A DNA stretch of 64,000 nucleotides from Bdellovibrionota bacterium (GTDB lineage Bacteria > Bdellovibrionota > UBA1018 > CAIPTA01 > JAALKR01). Shown here in pieces: positions 59,057 through 64,000 of the stretch. The notes beneath the pieces were generated by a model. That model ran no database searches and was not told where the DNA came from. It saw nothing but the letters and a program-made list of their open reading frames with translations. Each line of letters starts with the position of its first letter. Positions within the stretch are counted from its first letter, which is position 1. The translations under genes and the position numbers were made by a program. The stretch lies in assembly GCA_965207455.1 (NCBI GenBank), contig CBDBMJ010000001.1, forward strand, positions 608,001-672,000. Reading direction: 5' to 3'.

Positions 59057-60574
59057 ATGGAAAAACACCAATCTAAAAAAGAAAAGGAAGCGATTCTCGC
59101 ATTGCCTGGAGGTCCTTTGGAGGGGCAGCCCCGGGTTCGTTTTGCTCCTTCTCCAACGGGGAGTCTTCATGTTGGTGGGGCTCGCACCTATCTTTTTAAT
59201 TGGCTCTATGCCCGTCATGTAGGTGGAAAAATATTGATTCGTGTGGAGGACACGGATCAGGAGCGTTCCACGCCTGAGTTTGAGCGTATGGTGTTAAGTG
59301 ATCTTGATAATTTAAATTTGGAGTATGACGAGGGACCGGAGAAGCCGTCGGATTTAAATGTGGGGCCCTATCGTCAGTCGGAGCGTTTGGAAATTTACGG
59401 TGTTTTTGCCCATGCTATTTTAGAAAAGGGTGCGGCTTACCGTTGTTTTTGTACGGAAAGTGATTTGGATAGGAAGGCGAAGTTGGCAAAAGAGAAGGGT
59501 AGGCCTCCCCATTACGATGGAACTTGTGCCCATTTGTCTCCAGAGGAGAGCGATCGACGAGCCCAAAAGGATTCTTTTGCTATTCGCATGGCTGTTCCTC
59601 CCAAGGATTATATTCTTAGGGATCATATTCGGGGGAACATTACATTTAAGCATGGAATGGTGGGGGATTTTATTCTCCTTCGATCCAACAAGATTCCCGT
59701 ATATAATTTTGCGGTGGTGATAGATGATTACCTTATGCACATTAGTCATGTGATCCGTGCAGAGGAGCATATGCCCAATTCTCTCCGACAGATGATGATC
59801 ATGGAGGCATTGGATATTCCTCAGCCCACGTTTGCCCATATTAGTTTAGTGTTGGGAAGTGATCGGAAGAAGCTTTCCAAGCGACACGGGGCTGCCTCGG
59901 TGGACGACTATCTCAGTGAGGGTTATCTCTCTGAAGCGTTAGTGAATTTTCTAGCTCTTTTGGGTTGGTCTCCGTCGGACAATAAAGAGATTTGTTCTCT
60001 TCCCAAGATCATTGAGAGTTTTCATTTGGAAAAGCTCACCAAGTCTCCGGCTATTTTTGATACGGAAAAATTGCGTTGGATGAACGGGGAGTATATTCGG
60101 GCCATGGATAGGGAGGCATTGCTTGTGCGCCTTCGTCCTTTTGTGGAAAAAGCGGGCTATAATGTGGATAAAAATGGCAAGGAGTGGTTTTTGCGTGTTC
60201 TCGATTCAGTTCATGAGAGCCTGCACCTATTGTCGGACATTGGACCTGCTCTGGAGATTTATTATCCAGAGACCTATCAAATCGACGAGGAGGCCAGTGC
60301 CATGTTAAGTTCGCCTGAGGCTCAGAAAGTGGTGGAGGCTTTTCGGGAGGAGTTAGAAGATCAGGCTGAGGCATCGGTGGAGAGTTTAGTAGCGATACAG
60401 AGTGGGGTGAAGGCAAAGACGGGTACTAAGGGGAAGGATTTATTTATGCCGCTCCGTGCCTGTATCACAGGCAAGTTAAAGGGCCCTGAATTGAAGTTGG
60501 TTTTCCCGTTGATTGGGAAAGAGGAAGCTTTGAGGAGAGTGGGTATGGCCCAGAAAATTTCTTCCGTGGGTTGA
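59057..60574 (+). CDS. gltX: Glutamate--tRNA ligase
   Basis: RFAPSPTG.LHVGG, RVEDTD and KLSKR motifs. Confidence 0.95.
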   Translation: MEKHQSKKEKEAILALPGGPLEGQPRVRFAPSPTGSLHVGGARTYLFNWLYARHVGGKILIRVEDTDQERSTPEFERMVLSDLDNLNLEYDEGPEKPSDLNVGPYRQSERLEIYGVFAHAILEKGAAYRCFCTESDLDRKAKLAKEKGRPPHYDGTCAHLSPEESDRRAQKDSFAIRMAVPPKDYILRDHIRGNITFKHGMVGDFILLRSNKIPVYNFAVVIDDYLMHISHVIRAEEHMPNSLRQMMIMEALDIPQPTFAHISLVLGSDRKKLSKRHGAASVDDYLSEGYLSEALVNFLALLGWSPSDNKEICSLPKIIESFHLEKLTKSPAIFDTEKLRWMNGEYIRAMDREALLVRLRPFVEKAGYNVDKNGKEWFLRVLDSVHESLHLLSDIGPALEIYYPETYQIDEEASAMLSSPEAQKVVEAFREELEDQAEASVESLVAIQSGVKAKTGTKGKDLFMPLRACITGKLKGPELKLVFPLIGKEEALRRVGMAQKISSVG

Positions 60575-60643
60575 CAAATCCCCAATCATAACCAAATTAT
60601 TCATACAGACAGGCTCAAAAAAACAGAACAAGGAGAAAACAAC

Positions 60644-62590
60644 ATGCCAAAGACAGAAAAAAAGACAGAAAAAAAGACAGAAAAAAAGACAAAAAAGAAA
60701 TTTCAAGCCGAGGTGACAAAGATTTTACACCTCATGGTTCACTCCCTTTATTCGAAAAAAGAGATATTTTTACGCGAGTTGGTGTCCAACGCATCGGACG
60801 CACTGGATAAGTTCCGATTTGAGGCGATATCCAACACCAAGCTTAGCAGTAAAGAGGAGCTTCATATTCGACTCCTACCGAACAAGAAGGAGCGCACATT
60901 AACCATTGAGGACAACGGCATTGGTATGGACTACCAGGAGGTACAGGACAATATCGGCACCATTGCTCAATCGGGCACTACTCAGTTTTTGGATAAATTA
61001 CAGGAGGCCAAGGATCAACCAGATTTGATTGGTCAATTTGGAGTGGGATTTTATTCTTCCTTTATTGTGGCAGACAAGGTGAGTTTGCACACTCAAAAGG
61101 CAGGGGAAGAGACTGGCGTGGTGTGGGAGTCCACTGGAGACGGCACGTATACATTGGAAAAAAAGGCTCGAGAAAAGGGGCATGGCACCTCGGTTACGCT
61201 TTTTTTAAAGGAGGATTTGGATCAGGACTTTACAGAGGAGTGGGTATTAAAGATGTTCGTAAAAAAATATTCGGACTTTATTTCCTTTCCCATAAAGATG
61301 GAATGTGTAAGGGAAAAGCCTATTGAGAAATCTACAGACAAGTCTGCAGACCAGTCTGCGGAAAAATCTCCAGAGAAGTATATGGAAGATGAGGTTTTAA
61401 ACAGTCGGACCGCAGTGTGGTTACAGAGTGCAAAAGATCTTTCAAAAGACGAGTACAAGGAGTTTTACAAGCACATTTCCCATGATTGGAACGATCCCCA
61501 TAAGCATATTCATTTTAAAGCTGAGGGCACTTCTGAGTTTTCTGCTCTTGTGTATGTTCCCTCTCAAGCGCCCCGTGATTTTTATCTCCAAGACGGAAAA
61601 TGGGGGTTGCAGTTATATACCAAGCGTGTATTTATCACAGCTAATTGTGAGGGGCTTATTCCTTCCTACTTAAGATTTTTAAAGGGAGTGGTGGATAGTA
61701 GTGATCTCTCTCTCAACGTTTCTAGGGAGATGTTACAGCAAGATCATCAAGTGCAGCAGATTAAAAAAGCGCTTACCAGTAAGGTATTGTCTTGTTTCAA
61801 GGATTGGATCAAGAAAGATAGGTCTGAGTATGAAAAATTATGGGCTACGTTTGGTGCTGTATTTAAGGAAGGTGTTCATAGCGACTACGGCAATAAAGAG
61901 AAGCTTCTCGATCTCTTATTATTTACCAGCACCGAAGAGGAAAACAAATACACCACTTTATCTGAGTATGTGGAGCGAAAAAAAGAAGATCAGAAATCTA
62001 TTTTTTATCTTACTGGGGATAAGATCGATGAAATTCGCAAGAGTCCTATTTTAGAGCGTTTTAGATCCAAGGGCTATGAAGTATTATTACTGACGGATCC
62101 CATAGATGAGTGGGTTACAAACGCGATTGATAATTATAAGGACATGGAATTTCTTTCCGTTTTAGACGAGAAGTTAGACATTGATTCTGAAACTGAGAAG
62201 AAAGACAGGGAGAAGAAGGCTAAGCAGACAGAAAAAATGTTAAACCCTGTGGTGATGGTTTTTAAAAACACATTGAACGAAAAACTCCAGGACGTGCGCC
62301 TTTCTCGAAGGTTGGTATCCTCTCCTGTATGTTTAGTTTCCTCTGGATCTAGTGCTCGGATGGAGCGGATCATAGCCAATGCGACTGGGGAAAAAATGTC
62401 TGCTTCCAAGCGTATATTGGAGATCAACCCGGATCATAAGGTCATTCAAAAAATGTCTTCTCTGGACGACACTGCAAAAGCCAACTGGGCGAAAATACTC
62501 TATTCTCAAGCCCTACTCCAAGAGGGTTCTCCCGTGGAAAATCCTGTGGGTCTTAGCCAAGAGATAGTGGAGTTGATGGGAAGTATCTGA
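60644..62590 (+). CDS. htpG: Hsp90-family chaperone HtpG
   Basis: HSLYSKKEIFLRELVSNASDA, DNGIGM, IGQFGVGFYS and LEINPDH motifs. Confidence 0.97.
   Translation: MPKTEKKTEKKTEKKTKKKFQAEVTKILHLMVHSLYSKKEIFLRELVSNASDALDKFRFEAISNTKLSSKEELHIRLLPNKKERTLTIEDNGIGMDYQEVQDNIGTIAQSGTTQFLDKLQEAKDQPDLIGQFGVGFYSSFIVADKVSLHTQKAGEETGVVWESTGDGTYTLEKKAREKGHGTSVTLFLKEDLDQDFTEEWVLKMFVKKYSDFISFPIKMECVREKPIEKSTDKSADQSAEKSPEKYMEDEVLNSRTAVWLQSAKDLSKDEYKEFYKHISHDWNDPHKHIHFKAEGTSEFSALVYVPSQAPRDFYLQDGKWGLQLYTKRVFITANCEGLIPSYLRFLKGVVDSSDLSLNVSREMLQQDHQVQQIKKALTSKVLSCFKDWIKKDRSEYEKLWATFGAVFKEGVHSDYGNKEKLLDLLLFTSTEEENKYTTLSEYVERKKEDQKSIFYLTGDKIDEIRKSPILERFRSKGYEVLLLTDPIDEWVTNAIDNYKDMEFLSVLDEKLDIDSETEKKDREKKAKQTEKMLNPVVMVFKNTLNEKLQDVRLSRRLVSSPVCLVSSGSSARMERIIANATGEKMSASKRILEINPDHKVIQKMSSLDDTAKANWAKILYSQALLQEGSPVENPVGLSQEIVELMGSI
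60650..60697 (+). repeat. 12-bp tandem repeat (AAGACAGAAAAA)n encoding KTEK
   Basis: Three full copies and a degenerate fourth at the htpG start. Confidence 0.85.
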
Positions 62591-62689
62591 AAAATCCAGT
62601 TTCTGTAACGCACTGTTTTTAAAGCTATTTTTGTGCCTTTTTTGTGAATCAACTCGGAATTCGTCGATTTTTAAAAGTAATACTTGATT

Positions 62690-62708
62690 TATATTGCGTC
62701 GCAATATA
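62690..62708. promoter_or_regulatory. Perfect palindrome TATATTGCG-T-CGCAATATA, candidate operator
   Basis: Inverted repeat about 35 bp upstream of ATG 62744. Confidence 0.5.
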
Positions 62709-62743
62709 TATTGCTTGTACTTAAGAAACAAAGGAGTTTAATT

Positions 62744-64000
62744 ATGAAAATGAAAAAAATAGTATGGCTGTATTTCTTTTGCGCCCTTCTTCTACCTCAC
62801 ATGGCATCTGCTACGGACTTGTACCTGTTCTTTATTAATGGTGATGCTAAATATGACTATAAGGGTTGCAAAAATGGAGAAATTTCTTGCAAAGAAAAAG
62901 TGATAGGAGATGCTAGTGAGACTTTCTTAAAAAAAGCAAAAGAATTTTCTAAAACTTGTAGGGACTGCGATGTTGTTATTTTTCATGTGAAGCCATATAC
63001 GGAAACAAAAGAGTACTATGTTCAGGAACGATTTGGCACTACCTTTGGTGGTGCTAAATATAGTGTTGTACCCGAAGAATATGTAAATCCAGATAAACAT
63101 AAAAAAGTTAGCAAGAAAGTCGAACGATCTGGTCGTGTCCTTTTCTATTCAAATGGAGATATTGTAAATGAACTTCCTTTAATTATATCTAGGGACTCTT
63201 TGGGAAATATACCCAAAATAGGTCCTATTTTATCGTTAATACGCAGGTCTACTGACTTTTCTAGGGAATTAAAGAAAATAGATGAAAGTAAATTTTTTCA
63301 AAGCACATATTATAATAAACAATTTGCTTTCTTTTTTAGTCATAACATTCCAGAGGATAGTTCCAGAGAATTTTTTCAAAGCAATAAAGAAGCTAAATTT
63401 TCCATTGATGCTGCCTTAGATTTTATAAGAGGATTTTCTAAGATCAGCAACAATGGAGAAGATCGTCCGCTTGACGCTCTTTTTCTATTCAGTTGTGCTG
63501 TTGGTTTAAGTACTGTTTCTAAAATTTATAATGAAAATACCACTGATTTACTGATAGCTCATCCTACATTAGTACCATTAGAAACCTTAGTTTCATGGGA
63601 TCTTCTTTCTTTAAGAGAACACCTTTCCAGTAATAAAGATACTTATGAGAGTATTAAGACTTTTTTAGATAAGTCTTTTTCTCCTGAAGAGGAGAATTAC
63701 AAGGAAAGCCTTATGCCTGTTATTTCTGCAGATTACGCTGTTTCTATTTATAATTTAAGATATATTTCTTTTGATATGGTTTTACAAAAAGCTTTGAAGG
63801 AAGGAGAAAAAATATCAAGAAAGATAAGTAAAAGAATAGCGGATGGGCTAAGGGAGCGAGCTTCTGGAGAATCTGCTGGCAAACTAGGCATTGGACAAGT
63901 TGTAACTGGTCGGTCTCTTAAAGAAGAAATTAATTGTGGTGTCCACCCAGAAATGCAGTCTACTCTTAAAAACTTAGAGCCTTCTCTAGATAAGTATTTT
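62744..64000 (+). CDS. Secreted protein, putative clostripain-like (clan CD) cysteine peptidase; truncated by the window edge
   Basis: AAGGAG RBS; signal peptide MKMKKIVWLYFFCALLLPHMASA; open to 64000; LYLFFINGD, FAFFFSH, LDALFLFSC, TDLLIAH and AVSIYNL in C11-like order. Absent from the ORF track. Confidence 0.6.
   Translation, partial: MKMKKIVWLYFFCALLLPHMASATDLYLFFINGDAKYDYKGCKNGEISCKEKVIGDASETFLKKAKEFSKTCRDCDVVIFHVKPYTETKEYYVQERFGTTFGGAKYSVVPEEYVNPDKHKKVSKKVERSGRVLFYSNGDIVNELPLIISRDSLGNIPKIGPILSLIRRSTDFSRELKKIDESKFFQSTYYNKQFAFFFSHNIPEDSSREFFQSNKEAKFSIDAALDFIRGFSKISNNGEDRPLDALFLFSCAVGLSTVSKIYNENTTDLLIAHPTLVPLETLVSWDLLSLREHLSSNKDTYESIKTFLDKSFSPEEENYKESLMPVISADYAVSIYNLRYISFDMVLQKALKEGEKISRKISKRIADGLRERASGESAGKLGIGQVVTGRSLKEEINCGVHPEMQSTLKNLEPSLDKYF

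Overview
Bacterial chromosomal window, AT-rich, most consistent with a Bdellovibrionota/deltaproteobacteria-like organism (inferred from gene content and the pilin-fibre proteins). A housekeeping backbone (DEAD-box helicase, CPA2 antiporter, queF, alanine symporter, ppiD/surA, mreC-mreD-mrdA-rodA, TIGR01212 radical SAM, rlmB, pyrF, proS, ntrYX, rng, mutS, recJ, tgt-yajC-secD-secF, gltX, htpG) is interrupted by three accessory regions. (1) 0.3-13.6 kb: three large type IV prepilin-like proteins, each fusing a pilin domain, trimeric-fibre-like repeats and a 7-bladed RCC1 propeller in shuffled order, plus a 14-repeat RCC1 lipoprotein and several internally deleted pseudogenes. (2) 18.8-21.0 kb: a regulator/PD-(D/E)XK pair and restriction-modification remnants around queF. 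(3) 48.3-54.8 kb: small secreted, mostly Cys-rich proteins, with an IS66 element carrying a nested IS5/IS903-group element. An unannotated secreted ORF with clostripain-like His/Cys motifs runs off the right edge. The best novelty candidates are the modular pilin-fibre-RCC1 adhesin cluster and the secreted miniprotein island. No rRNA, tRNA or CRISPR array was recognised. Family assignments come from motif recognition, not database searches.
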